This document shows positions 26,207 to 39,721 of a DNA stretch of 64,000 nt, one piece after another. The translations under genes and the position numbers were made by a program. Under the pieces are notes generated by a model. The model made no database searches. It saw only the letters and a list, made by a program, of their open reading frames with translations, and was not told the DNA's origin. Source of the DNA: Vicugna vicugna (Eukaryota); assembly GCA_013265495.1 (NCBI GenBank), contig MU060485.1, positions 1,518,599-1,582,598 on the forward strand, given 5' to 3'. The stretch's first letter is position 1; every line of letters starts with the position of its first letter.

Positions 26207-29200
26207 TGATGTTTTGCCATGCAGACTTTCCACAGTGTTCTACTAACTGATTTGCTCTAGGCCCCAGGTTTGTAGTTTTGAACCTGCTCACTGTCTTAAT
26301 CTGTGATGTGACATCTTCATTTGTGCTAAAATCTATAATTAGTGAAAGGCTAAGTGATATTTATCCTTCTGATTTCCTCTTTGTAGATAAACCCCTAAGT
26401 AGAAAGTTTTTGATGAAAAGTAATTTTTTTGGCTTCCTTTGGTATCTTAAGTTTGGAGAAGCAGTAAAAACAACCCAATCGGTCAGAAAAGACAAAACAA
26501 GAGTGATGGGTATGTCTGGAGAACTCAGTGGCCCTTGAGGTGTGGATTCACCACAGAGCACCCGAGGCTAATGGCCTCTCTATCACTGAGACTGTCGTCA
26601 TGGGTGTAACTCACTGAGAACCGAGAAACACCTGAGCTGTCCAGTATTTCAAAGACCTTTATTGCTTTATGTGTTCAGAGGTGCAGCGGGTAAATGGACT
26701 GCTTATAATTGTAGGAGTAGTACCAGCCATTAAAGCAAATATATTTACAGCCCCTGTAATTATATTTCGGTAAAAGTTGTTCTGGATGGCTTGGCAGGAC
26801 TCCTCCCCAGGTAGTGTGTTTATTTCGATATTTTCTCCAATGATGCAGAACGGCTCATAGTCCAAACATTTTCTCCTGATGATACTTTTATTTTTGGCTT
26901 GACCTTCTTCTCTTTCAAGTCTGGAAGAAAAAAAAAAGTACAATTTATAGAAACATATAGAGTGACAGATAAATGTAATACACTCCAGGAACTTACTGAC
27001 TTATTGACCAGCAGTCACATTTAAAGAAATCTATAATCCAAAGCTAATGAAATAAGGAAGGCACAGGAAGTATGATGTCAAATAAAGTATATGTTTAGGT
27101 TTGATGTTTGAATTCTTATCCTGATGTCCTCGTTCTTGGATATTCTTGCACAGACTTTTCTATTGCCTAAGTGTTTGTGTAGCACAACAGGGCAATAGGA
27201 GCTAACAGAAATACTGTATTACAGCTTTCTGTTCAGTGACAACACGAGCGTTCTCATGGGAGCATTTTAAAGCTTCCTTAATTAGGTCACCTTTGGGCAA
27301 ATTGAGTTTTGGGCAAATTGAAAAGTATCTCAATTCTTTCAGATCACCTCAGTACCATTTAGTATCCCGATGTGTTAATTTGCCAAATGGAACCCCAGGA
27401 AGAGAAATAATTAAGTCAATAAATAAAGGAAATAAGTAAATGCTTACTTATACATGAGAATATTCTATGTTTGTATAAGATCAATGATTTGTTTATGGAC
27501 TATGGTAGAAAAGACTTGATGAAAGGAGTTTCCAGTATAATTTTATGACATTTACTTTTTTTTCTTTTATCAAAATGCATTTCCATGTGTTTCCCCACAA
27601 AGGCTTCATAGGTTATAAGGTCATTGAAGAATTATTTTTTTCTTTATTTGATAACTTTATCATTCTTAATATGGTGCTTTTAATAAATGTTGGATAACTG
27701 CCTTATGTTGGAACAATAGATGTCTAGTCCTATAAAACTCAGGATTCTGGAGTAAAGTGAGAGATAAAAATATAAATTAGTACATCTCATGGAATTTTTT
27801 GATTACTAAAGCAGTGGGAAGCTATGATTTTGGTCTTTCTAATACCTATTTTCCAATGGAATATGGCCTCTTTTCTTTTAAACATGTAATACAACATGTC
27901 TATTAATTGGAGTCATCCAATTCCTGACAACAGGAATTATGCCCTAGATTTCTCGAAATATAGAATTTTTTTTTCATTCCAAGTAGAATAGACAACTATG
28001 TATAACAGGGTCAGTAAAAACCTTTGTGTGGCATTTTACATACAAATGTTAAGAGAATGGAATTCCTTTCTGATGATGAATGAATTTTTGATGGTAAGCT
28101 ATAAAAGAAATATAGGCTTGGATCAGTCAGCATCCAGCTTTCCATATAGAGAATTCAGTTTGCTGAAGAAGGCAAGGAGGCCAACACACAAAGAGCAGTG
28201 AGAAATGAGCCAAAATACGAAAAGAGAACCACTGAACTCCTTGATCTAGCCACACCTGAACTTGACTTTTGGATTTCCTTTCAATCAACCTTTATTTAAT
28301 CCACCTTTATTTAAGCTGGTTTTAGCTACTTTTAGTTCACATGTAACAAAGTATCCTGACCCATAAACTCTGCATGTTTGGAAATTAACTTTATATTATT
28401 TTGACACATAATTTAAATAAACATGCATGCAGAATTTAGAAAATCAGATACACATTGATTTCTCATTTATAGCAAGTCAGGTAAGGATTTGTAAACCAAA
28501 TGTTTATAAATTACAAAGTTACTTTTAGGACTCTGAGTTTCTTTCCAATTAGTGTTAATCATCATACTGTCATAACTAGTTTGTAAATTTTTGAAAATAG
28601 AATTACTTTTGATGAATGCAGTGTGAGTCAAGAGTGCTGTCAATATACAGTCATTTGACAGTTTTTTTTTTAACAATGTCAAGCCTGCAGTAAATTTTAG
28701 GATATGTTAAAAGTTGTTTATCATATCCTCTGCCTAATAGATGTAATCACACAAAGGTTTTCAAGCCAATTCAGAAGATTCATTTTATAGGCACAAGATC
28801 ATGGTAATTTATCTGGATGCTGTAGTTTTGGCTGAGGTAAAGATTTGCAGTTTCGCATCTCCCTGTCCATGGTCAGTGTTCGTCTAATAGCTAGCATCCT
28901 ACCTAAGATTAGATTTATGTATTTGTTTTTGGTTCAAGGTTTCTTGCTCCCGCTGGCAAACACAGATGCTCCTAAACTCCTCTCCACCTGAATGTGCACA
29001 GAATATAATTATGACAGGAACTAACATTATCTGAAATACATTTCTGTTTATGCTTGTAGACCAAGGTCAGAACAATTAATCTGAAAGATGGTAGCACCGC
29101 CACAGATTAAGCCAAACAACATTTCCCCCAGGAATGCGATACCATATATTACAAATATGCAAAATATTCATGCAAATCCTCCACTGGTCTCTCTGTCAAC

Positions 29201-29311
29201 TCAGGTTTACTGTCACTAAATATGAAGTTGACCAAATAGATTGAAGGGAATGCAGATGTTTCCAGTGGTGTGTGTTTCTTGAATATGTTGAACTAATATT
29301 GTGATGATTCA

Positions 29312-29432
29312 TTTTATTCAGCTTCATTGAGATATAATTGATATATAACATTGTGTAAGTTTAAGGTGTACGATGTGGATTTGATGTATGTATATATTGT
29401 GAAATGATTACCATGATAAGATGAGTTAACAC
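29312..29432 (-). mobile_element. LINE-1 3' terminal fragment
   Basis: cagcttcattgagatataattgatatataacattgtgtaagtttaaggtgtac..atattgtgaaatgattacca. Confidence 0.85.
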
Positions 29433-29434
29433 AC

Positions 29435-29574
29435 TGTGATGGCTAATTTTATGTGTCAGTTTGAATGGGCCATGGGTTCCCAAATATTTGGTCAAACATT
29501 ATTCTGGGTGTTCCTGTGAGGGTGTTTTGGGATGAGATCAATGCTTAAACAGGTAGAATGAGTAAAGCAGACTG
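29435..29574 (+). mobile_element. MLT2 LTR, 5' portion only
   Basis: tgtgatggctaattttatgtgtcagtttga..tttggtcaaacattattctgggtgttcctgtgagggtgttttgggatgagat; ends at an (aagaattaaaaa)n tract. Confidence 0.85.
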
Positions 29575-31149
29575 AAGAATTAAAAAAAGAATTAAAAAGA
29601 AGAATTAAAAAAATTTTTTTTCTTTAACCTTGAGCTTTCTGAAAAATACGTAGGAGAACAGTCATGGAAAAAACATGATTATTGGTGATGAACTGGCACA
29701 TTTCAAGGGTGCTATTGCTGAAAATCCACTTCTGCTGTGGTTGGGGGAGCAGCTGGTTTGGGAAGTTCTGTAAGAGGAGGTGCAGTTTGGCATGTGCGTT
29801 AGAGTCCTCCACGGTCGGCTCCACATTGCAGTCCTCCCTCCTCAGCTGGCTATAATTTGGGGTTAAAACTAACTGATAAATCAGGTTAGCAGGGTGATAA
29901 TCATTTGACAGATTTGGAAGCTAATGCTTTAAACTCTCTGACAAAAATCATAGAGTCAATCAGCACTAGAAAATGCCAGGCTTGTTACCAGTGGATTCTT
30001 CATTATTACCATCCCCTGTCACTCCTGCTGGCATCAATTACTTCATCCTACAGGGCAAAGGAGTCAGGAGAGGTAAACAGCAAATTCTGGTGAGCTGGTA
30101 ACTCTCCTTTGACAGCCGACTACAACGGTATTTTAAACTAATCAGCCCTCTATAAATTTTTCTGTTGTGTAGATGTGAACTGAAACATATAAACTATTCT
30201 AGGGCTTGAAAACACTTTATGTCAGTCTAAAAGCCACGCTCTTTTAAACAGACCCTACATACTGGGATTTGAGTTTTATTTTTAACTTTAAATCTTTATT
30301 AAAGCAGGCGTATCACCAGAAAAAACAAATCTTATGAAAGAGCAGAGGAATTTGATCCTGTGAGTGATTATTGCTAAGGGAGCATTTCATGCAAATTAAT
30401 CTGTAAACATTTAGCAGCTAGATACCTGATGGGAGGGGAGAAGGGTAAGGAAAATTAGTCAGGTGAAGAGCAAGAAAATTACTCCCATCTGATTAGAAAA
30501 AGATAATCATGGTGTTTTCATGCAGACCAGCAGCGTTGTGATGTTTCTTTAATTTCTCTTTCATTTTTGCTTGCCTTGGGCTGCGTGTAGGGAGTCCTGA
30601 GATAGATGAGGAGGTATACCTGGCTGCCTGGAGAAGTAAGGCGACTGAATACATTTCAGGTTAAGTAATACCTATTCAGGTGTCTCAGTAAAGAAAAGAT
30701 CAAAACTGGGAATACACTTGTCAGACACTTCCCCCAACAGACTCCCCGCCTCCCAGGCCCAGAGCTCACTGGAATTTTCATACTTGCCAACAGGCCCTTG
30801 TTGAATTAGAAGGATGTGCTTCACCCACATCCGAGGAAAACCAAGAGTTACAGCCATGGTTGGGATTGGTTAGATATTATACGTAAAAGATGCTTCCAGC
30901 AAACTCTTTTTTTTTTTTCTTTTAAATCTTTATGATAAATATTTAGCTTTAAAGAAGCACAGTGTTAGGAGTTAGTAATTAGTCATATTTAGTGTTTTTC
31001 TTATTTGATTATTTAGCATTTCAAAAGTTGATGTAAGTTGAAATGGAACTAATAACTATATTTTGCTTAATTTTGCCTGAGTTTACAACATGGAATGATA
31101 ATTAAAATGTGGTTAAAGTGTATATTACTCTAGCAAGTCTAAAGTTGAG

Positions 31150-31430
31150 AAACAATGGTAATTGTGATGGTATTGTGCTGTATCTTGCCTGTGGTGATGG
31201 TTGCACATGTGATAAATCACACACACACACAAATGCATTTAGAACTAGTACAGGCAGAATTAGGTTGGTGGATTGCATCAATGTCGATTTCCTGACTGCG
31301 GTGTTGCACTGAAGTGATATAAGATGTCACCACTGGGGGAAACAGGGAAAAGGGCTTACTAGAGGTCCCTTATTACGTCTTACAACTGCATAAGAATCTA
31401 CAGTTATCTCAAAATTAAAGGTAAAAACAA
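31150..31430 (+). mobile_element. Old LINE-1 3' UTR fragment
   Basis: gtatcttgcctgtggtgatggttgcaca, gattgcatcaatgtcgatttcctg, aagatgtcaccactgggggaaac, caactgcataagaatctacagttatctcaaaattaaag. Confidence 0.8.
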
Positions 31431-32559
31431 ATGTGAATGTCATAAAAGAACATTACTTTTTATTTCCTTACTTCCTTGAAAATTGATATTTAAACATTGT
31501 AAAAGCTAACACATTGAAATTACTCTTTGGAAAATTATGGAAGAATTCAGAAACTGCAATTTTTCTACAGAGCAGAAAGCAATAAGCTTTTACACATATG
31601 GTTCCAAAAGAAAAATTCTGAATTATTGTAATGTTCATGGACTGTGCTCATAAAATTGCCCACATGTAACAAGTATAACTTGCTTTAAAATAATCCAACA
31701 GGACAGGGCAGCAGAATACAGTATGGTCTGTGTAAAGACCTGCTTACTGTAAATACATGGAAAATTATTTCTTTCCGTCATGTTGCCTGTGGATAAGTCA
31801 GTTTGAGCAAATACATTAAAATTTTTAGAACACATTGAAATAATTTTTCCCAAATGATTGTCAAAAATATGGGTATATTAAAAAAATAAAAACAAACATC
31901 TATTTACATTTTTTACCATACAAATGACCCTGATTATTGTGTGCACTGTTAAATATTGAGGCAACTAAGGGACTTTTTTCTAATTCTCAAAGTTTGTAAA
32001 ATATGCATCAGTTATTTTTTCATCAACTATTTTTGAATAGCTACAGTTGGGTGCAGTGCCAGGTGACATAGATGTAATAGTAAACAAACAAAAAAATGGG
32101 CTTTAACTTGATGGTGCCTTCTGTCTAGCTGAGAACTTATAACAACAATGCTATAATGATAACATTTATTGTTAGCTATTAGTGCCAGACCTGGTGCTAA
32201 TCACTTTATATTCATGTTTTCATTAACACCATAAACCTGGGAGGCTGGTGTCTGGGATAAAAGGGGCAGTGATATAAATGATAGAATGAGTTAGAGCTTG
32301 GAAAAACTCAAAGGTCTGATAAACAACATTGGTAAATTATAAAAAGGAAAATCCACTGAAGCTTAAAACAGTAAAATTCTTGTTTAAACTATATAGGAGA
32401 GACACGGAAGCCCAAGATACTGACCTATTCAGAAGGAAATATAATGCTAGTCTGCTGCTTGCTGCTTCCGGAAAAAAAATTAGCTACACAGTCTTATTAA
32501 TGGACCAGTTTCTGGTACTCAACTTATATATAGACTAAAAGAGAAATAATTTTAAAAAG

Positions 32560-33020
32560 TTAAATGATTACTGGAGAAAATGTAAATGTCAGAATCAAGT
32601 TACAGTTGATGGGTGCTGGGGGATGGAAAAGGATGAGGGAAGAGATGAGATTGCACAGAGAAAGGCATCAAGAGAGACTTTCTGTAGTTGATGGAACTAG
32701 AGATGCAGTTGAAGAATGTTAATTGAGGTCACAGAGCTCACTTCTACTAAGGTAGAGGAAGGAGATGCAGGAGGTAAGAGAAGTAAGAGTTAAAACTCTT
32801 CTACTATAGTGAGAAGATGGTAGACAATGTCCTAAGTTAATGAGCCAAATGTTAATATACTAAAAATGGTACACTTTTTGAGGGAAAAAAATCACACACC
32901 TAGAAGTGGCTAAATGTGATTGTTCCTGAAATGTACAAAGGACTGGGAATGAAGGTGAAAGTATCTTTTTACCACAGACCTTTATATACTACTTGATTAT
33001 TATTTTCTTTAAAAATAAAC
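32560..33020 (+). mobile_element. Very old LINE-1 (L1ME-type) 3' fragment
   Basis: agaagatggtagacaatgtcctaagttaatg, gaagtggctaaatgtgattgttcctg..ggactgggaatg, gacctttatatactacttgatt. Confidence 0.5.
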
Positions 33021-33899
33021 CAGAATCTTTTATTTTGTGTAAGAAAGTTCCCCCGTAAGAAATACATAAATTTCAGTTCTTCGCTTACCTGAAAACCATT
33101 CATTGAGCATATACTTTATGGAAGGGTGAATTTTACTTGAAAGAAAATAAGATTTTTGAGGACAATGGTATGTTTAGCTGAAATGAATTTCTGGTCCCAA
33201 AGTTAAGATTTGTCTGTATGTATATAATATATTCAGTGTCTGAGAATGTGAAAAATGACACCAGTAGAACCATCATCAAGATATATGTCCAAGGCTTGAT
33301 AGTCATGAAGCTATTTATTTTAATATTTTCATGCATCTAAACTTTATCCTTGATTTTTGTTCTTAGAAATCATGAAAAATGGTTGACAGTCACCATCCAG
33401 ATATGTCTTTCACGTGGACCTATTGTTAAAGAAATTTGACCCCCAAAACTCCATCCTTAGCTCTGTTTAGAAAATATACTCATTTATGGTGTATGTTGCA
33501 CATGGTGCTGACCAAGAGATTATAGTTTGTAAGCATTTTACTTGCTGCAAAAAAAAAAAATCCATTAAAGCATTCTGTTACAGTAACAATGCAATGTCTG
33601 TAAAGAGAATGTTTCCCAATTTAAAACCTATTCAGAACTTTTGGAAATTGTTGAAAATAATCGTTGATCTGTGGTAGTTTATTTTAAAAGATTAGACTTG
33701 CAACATAATACCCATGATTTCTGCATCTGTAATCAACATTGTATGGATTTAAAAGCATACAGGCAGCAAGGAGTCTAAATAAAGCAAGTACCTAAAAGGC
33801 AAAATTTAGGAGATGCTCATGGCCATAATTTTGTTAGAACAGCTGCCTCAGATAGGATGTCTTACCTCCAGAATCTGCTTTCCTATGATGTTTAAGGAA

Positions 33900-34250
33900 A
33901 GAACACAGGCTTTGCTATTAGTTGGCAAAAGTAGAACAGGCATTTGGGGACACAGATTGTCTCAATTTATGCATCTGTAAAATGAAGAAATACTAGTATC
34001 AGTCACTGAATCACTAACAACACTGTTGAACACCCAACAATAGTAGCTAACATGCACTGGGCACTTACTGTCTGGTAGCTTTTGTTTTAAGTGCCTGTAC
34101 AAGAATCTCTGTTGATCCCTCAAATTATTAGCCTCCACCTTTTAAATAGGAGGACAGTGAGGGTCACAGGTGCCCTAGTTCTTCATGCTAAGTGGTAGAA
34201 AAGAAACTGAAACCTGTCTCTAATTCCACAGCCCTTGTACTTAAAATGCT
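33900..34250. mobile_element. Two adjacent MIR remnants in opposite orientations
   Basis: gtctcaatttatgcatctgtaaaatgaagaaata (+), then caataatagctaacatgcactgggcacttactg..ttttaaataggaggacagtgagg (-). Confidence 0.55.
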
Positions 34251-34779
34251 ACCCTAGGTTACCCACTTTAGTAGGTGAATTTAAGGGTTCTCACAGTTCA
34301 AATACTCTGTTAGTAGCCCTAACTCCTGTACCCTGGACACTTGGGGTGGGGGCTCACAGCCACTGTAAGACATTCATGGTCCACATGTGTCCAAAGCAAA
34401 ATCTGTAGACTGGATAATATTATACACCTCAAGAGTAAATAGATGCCATGTGATTAATGTAAAACAAATGTAGTTAAATAATTATTTGAAACATGTTTCT
34501 TTTTTCTAGTCAGCAGTTTCTAAAAGTACACTTGATATCATTACAGAAAGTGCTGGATATTTTGGTGTTAAATAGGGACCGTCAGACTCTGGTTCACTGC
34601 AGGACTTCTGGTGTACCATTTCCATAGACCCCACCTACGTGGAGAAGACCCCGTGGAGTTGTGTGTACACAAGTTTTATCATTGTAGGTGTCCAAATGCA
34701 AAGTCTGGAATTTAGCATTTTATTGAAATAGACATTTTATTGAAAAATGAGAGCGCATGCTTCATTGTACTGCCTTTGT

Positions 34780-35120
34780 ACTATCAGAAAGCTGCCTTTG
34801 GAGATATGTATTTACGACTATTTGACTAGAAGTCATAGACTGAAACAGAAACAATGATGGCAAACAAGATAGTAGTTGATTTCTAGGACTGGTGTGTCTT
34901 GTCATTGTGTCAAGGACCATGTTTCTTTCCTGTTGTCCTGCCATTCTCAGCAGGCAGCACTCTGCAGTGACTGCTGAAGCTCCAGCAATCATGCCCACAT
35001 TTCAGACTATAGGAAAGAGGACCAGGTGAAACAGACTTGCATCTCTCTCTAAGGACCCTTCTTGGAAATCCTTTTGCCTATATCTCATTGGTCAAAACCA
35101 CATGATACAAGGAGACTATA
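34780..35120 (-). mobile_element. Old MLT1 (MaLR) LTR remnant
   Basis: caaggaccatgtttctttcctg..ctgccattctcagc, gctccagcaatcatgcccacatttcagac, tatatctcattggtcaaaacc. Confidence 0.65.
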
Positions 35121-35685
35121 TATATTTTAGCTACAACTTCAGTATTTGGGAGGAAAAGAAGGGGAGAATGGATATTGGAAGAACATGAGCAGTCCCTGTG
35201 AAACATACTGGTTTCTGGTCTTATCCCTTTCCTTTATTTCCAAAGTGTCTCTCAAAACTTCATACCCTGCTCAGATTAAGATTTGCTTATCTTTACTAGT
35301 GGTTAGTCCTAATGATTCAGTAACAAAATTCTTATGGTTTCTTTTAATGTTTAACCCGATAATAAATGTGGGTGCACACTGGTAAACCTTAAAACTTGGT
35401 TTTAAGGGTATGGAAATATCTTACAGATTCAAGGAAAAGCAGGCAATACTTGACTATGTCTGGTTGGAAGAATGATGTTTCTCTTCCTTGTCTCTGGGGT
35501 GTTCAGAAAAGGACCGTAACTCTTTGTGCTGCCTGTGTTGGCTGGTCAGGGCTGCCATAACCAGGTACCACAGACCGGGTGCCTTAAGCAGCAACAGAAC
35601 TTTGTTTTCTCACAACGCTAGATTAGCAGTCTGAGATCAGCATGCTGGCAGGCTCAGTTTCTTCTAAGGCCTCTCTCTTTGGCTT

Positions 35686-36099
35686 CTTTTTAAAAATTTT
35701 TTAAAAAATTTGTATTATTTATATTTTTTTAATTGAAGTATAGTCAGTTATAATGTGTCAATTTCTGGTGTACAGCACAATGTCCCAGTCATGCAGATAC
35801 ATACATATATTCATGTTCATATTCTTTTTCTTTAAAGATTATTACAAGGTACTGAATATAGTTCCCTGTGCTATACAGAAGAAATTCGTTGTTTTAATCT
35901 ATTTTTATATATAGTGGTTACCATTTGCAAACCTCAAACTTCCAGATTTATCTTTTCCCACCCCCTTTCCCCTGGTAACCATAAGATTGTTTACTGTGCC
36001 TGTGAGTCTGTTTCTGTTCTGTAGATGAGTTCATTAGTGTCCTTTTTCTTTCCCTTTTTTTTTTAGACCCCAATATGAGTAGATGGCTATCTTCTCCTC
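35686..36099 (-). mobile_element. Lineage-type LINE-1 3' UTR with poly(A), running into the gap
   Basis: tttttttaattgaagtatagtcagttataatgtgtcaatttctggtgtacagc..gaatatagttccctgtgctatacag..ggtaaccataag..gtgagtctgtttctgtt. Confidence 0.9.
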
Positions 36100-36255
36100 N
36101 NNNNNNNNNNNNNNNNNNNNNNNNNNNNNNNNNNNNNNNNNNNNNNNNNNNNNNNNNNNNNNNNNNNNNNNNNNNNNNNNNNNNNNNNNNNNNNNNNNNN
36201 NNNNNNNNNNNNNNNNNNNNNNNNNNNNNNNNNNNNNNNNNNNNNNNNNNNNNNN
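36100..36255. other. Assembly gap (156 N)
   Basis: N run. Confidence 1.
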
Positions 36256-36399
36256 ACAGGGTTTAGGACTTCGACACACGATTCTTTGGAGGGACACCTA
36301 TTTTCCTGCTACCGCCCTGGCTTTTTCTTCATAAGCATGTGCCGGCTCTACTTCCTTTTGTCCACTGGTTTTTCCTGCCAGCTCGTACTTTTCTATAGG

Positions 36400-37455
36400 T
36401 AATGTCACCCAACCTTCCCCTAAAGCTTCAGACTCCAGGGATTCTGATGGACAGCTCTACCTCAACACAGCTGGAACAGAACTCTTCATAATCTCTCACC
36501 CTCAGTCAGCTACTCATCTGTCTCAAAAACAGCACCAGCAATTACTGTCATTGCTCAGAACCAGAACTTTGGAATCATCTTTTATAGTTCTTGTTTCCTC
36601 ACACCTGTAGTCAATACAGCAAAAAAAAAAAAAAAAGCCTAATGGCTCTATTTGAAATGTAAACTCCAATTTTCAGCTTTCATTTCTCACCACTTCAAGA
36701 AGCTATCACCTTTGTTCAAGCCTACATCACCTCTTTTGCATAAACTATAGTCATCCCTTTCTAACTAGTTCCCAGGCTCTTTTAATTTTTCCCATACCCT
36801 CTACAGTGATCTTTCAAAATTAGAATCCTGAGTGACGGTTACATGGTGTATATATGTGTGAAAGGTCATTGATCTGCACAATTAAGTTTTTTGTTCTGCT
36901 TTATGTAAATTTGTAATTCAACTTCAAGGAATTCAGAGAAAGCAAACATGGTTCAGTTCAGCCTTTGTCCCTGCTCAGAGCTCTTCAGTGACTAAACATT
37001 ATCCTTCAGACGTTCTACAAGTTCAGTATTATATGCCCAGTTGAGCCCTCCAAGTTTACTTGTCACTTTCCCTCATTTACCCTTCCCTGTTCACACTGAC
37101 CTTCTTGCTATTTTTTGAATGCACCAAGTTAATTTTTGTCTCAGGATCTTTTCCTGCTTCCCCAAACACTCTTCTTTTTAAATCACTGTGTCTTCACTTC
37201 TCAAATATCACTCCTTTAGAGAAGGTCCTACTTGATGGCTCTCTATCAAATAGTAGACCTCCCCCCGTCCATTATTTTTTACCTTCTTCACTGCTTTCTT
37301 TTCCTTCATAGAAATTACCAAGGAATCCTGGCTATTGTATCATCTGTTTATTCCTTCCTTTAACTTCTGTCTGTTTTCTCCACTAATGTATTCCCAGGCC
37401 TAGCACAATGCTTAGTGTGTTGTATATATTCAATGTGTATTTATTGAATGATTTA
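36400..37455 (+). mobile_element. L2 3' region remnant (with a small L1 3' tail at about 36828-36925)
   Basis: ctgaccttcttgctattttttgaatgcacc, tctcaaatatcactcctttagagaagg, cctagcacaatgcttagtgt..tttattgaatga. Confidence 0.7.
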
Positions 37456-39139
37456 ACAAAATACATATGTAAAAAAAACAAATTTTAAAAATCATTTTGA
37501 CTGCAATTTTGAGACCACTTCAAATACAGTTCAGGGTTTGAGATGTTCTCTCTGTTACACCAATTCTCCATTTTGCTTTGCGTACGGACCTCCAGCTTAA
37601 TAGATCTACTTTCACTTTTTTTTTGCAATTTAGATAAACTTTACTAAACTTGATAAAAAATATTACTCAATCTCAAGTACAACCAGGCAGATAAATTTCA
37701 TTGAGCACATACATGCTTTTTCTCTAAATATTTGTAGCTAAATTAGTCCCATTACTTAAGACATTTGAATACAAATAATGATGCAACTACAAATGTCCTT
37801 TCTTTATGTTAACAATATATGTCCCAAAATGTGGTCTTTAATAAGTTTTTGGCAATTTTAATATATTAGAGGATATCTCCCTGTTTATAAAAGTAACACT
37901 CTAAAGGCTTTTGTAAAACAAAAAAGGAATTTATGATATGAATAGTTGGTCTCTAAGCTTCCATACGTCAGTAATTTTGGAAGAATCTTAATTTCCTTGA
38001 CCCTTTTATACATACATACATACATATAAAGAATGGTTCTAATAATAATAGTAATAACAATGTATGATCACAGAGTTATTATATCAAAGGTTAATTACAA
38101 GATGAAACAAAATAATTGAGAAATTATATTATAAAGTGCAATATTATAAGTGCTAGAAATTATCCTTTAAATCAGGCAAATATTTGAGGGCTTATGATTT
38201 GAAGTACAGTGAGAAAACAAGGAAAATAATTATTTTAACTCTAAGATAAGAAAGCTATTTTGAACTGAAAGTTGGAGAAATTTTCTCTACTGGAAGCTAA
38301 TGAATGTCCTGATAAATATTACAAATAAATCTTGTCAGTAAAAGTAAATTTCATAATCTCTTCTTTTTTTTCTTAGTTTTTATTTTGGTTCAATTGATTT
38401 TCTAGAAACTTGGCTTTGGCATCATGTTCTCAAGTTTTCCTTCTCCACTAAGAAACCAAAATTGAATTCTTTATCTTTCTAATTCTCAAGAAATATCTTT
38501 CAAAGTGTTGCTTGAAACTGTAGAAAAACTAACCAACAAGATCTCAGGTAGAAATACTTTATTTATCTACATACCCTTGTTCTCTCTAGCCTATGACTAC
38601 AAATAAAGCTATACTTCTTTATTTAATCAAGTCATATTGGCATAAGACCCCATGCACTTCTTTGTCAAAATAACTTCTGCAGAGAAGGTCCGTAATGTAT
38701 TTCAGAGAATTTCTCCAAAGTACTGCTTCACATGTCACCAAAACAAGATCTTCAGATTCTTTGACTCTTGGGTTCTTTCTTGCCACCAATCTGCTACAGC
38801 TGTTGCTGAAGATGCTTGTGAATTACGAGTTCTCCTGGGCAAAGTTATCCATGTTAGCGATGCCACCTCTGTCCCTATTCCAATCTCGGGTGGGGCAGCT
38901 ACTTACTCACTAACCTGTCCGAAGGTCAGTCTTAACTCTTCTTGCCTCCTGCCCCGTTGGATTCTCTGGAAGCCAGACCCTGTACCACCCTGCTGTGACT
39001 GTCAGGGGCAACCTTGCTGCTGTCCTGCTGCTGGCAGGGTAGGAGCTCACTGCCTCCACTCATTTCCACACTGTTTCCACATGACCAGGAGGCTGTCATC
39101 CCCTAGCAATCACACCAGGCCTTTCTACTCTTTGGAATT

Positions 39140-39721
39140 TGTAATGGTTAATTTTAGATGTCAACTTGACTGGGCTAAGAGAGGCCCAGATAGCTGGTAA
39201 AATTTTATTTCTGGGGTTATCTGTGAGAGAATATTTCCAGGAGAGACTCATACTTGAATCAGTAGACTGAGTGAAGAAGATCCACCCTCACCAGTGTAGG
39301 TGGGTATCACGCAATCTGTCGAGAACCAAATAGAACAAAAAGGGAAGTTGGAGGGAAGGCAATTTTCCCTCCCTCTTGAGCTGGGATGTCCATCTTCTCC
39401 TGCCCTTGAACATCACAGATCCTGGTTCTGGAATGAGGGTCTCTAGGACTTATTCCAACTGTCCTACCCTCCGGACTCCCACCTCTTCTCAGGCCTTTTG
39501 CCTCAGACTGGAAGTTACACCTTTGGCTCCCTTTGTTCTCAGGGCTTTAGACTCAGACTAAATTGTACCCCCAGTTTCCTGTTTCTCCAGTTCTGCAGAG
39601 GGTAAATCATGGAATTTCTCATCCTCTATAACCACGTGAACCAACTCCTATAATAAATCTTTCCTGTGTATCTGTATCTGTCCTATTGGTTCTGTGTCTC
39701 TTGAGAACCCTGATTAATAAA
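39140..39721 (+). mobile_element. Complete MLT2 (ERVL) solo LTR
   Basis: tgtaatggtaattttagatgtcaacttgactgggctaag ... cctattggttctgtgtctcttgagaaccctgattaata; near-TSD gaatt (39135-39139) / gagtt (39722-39726). Confidence 0.9.

Larger units (their letters stand above)
35534..36300 (-). mobile_element. MLT1 solo LTR split by an L1 insertion and a gap (pieces 35534-35685 and 36256-36300)
   Basis: tgtgttggctggtcagggctgccataaccaggtaccacagaccgggtgccttaagcagcaacagaa on the left; gggtttaggacttcgacacacgattctttggagggacac on the right. Confidence 0.75.

Noticed and set aside
25699-26220. 173-aa minus-strand ORF
   Set aside because: It runs through a Tigger-type MITE and has no protein-like motifs.
10194-36334. 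ORF-track entries containing X runs (around 10194-10634, 22330-22605, 36034-36334)
   Set aside because: Artefacts of translating through N gaps.
38652-39200. 182-aa plus-strand ORF
   Set aside because: It ends inside the MLT2 LTR, with no homology I recognise and no splice context.
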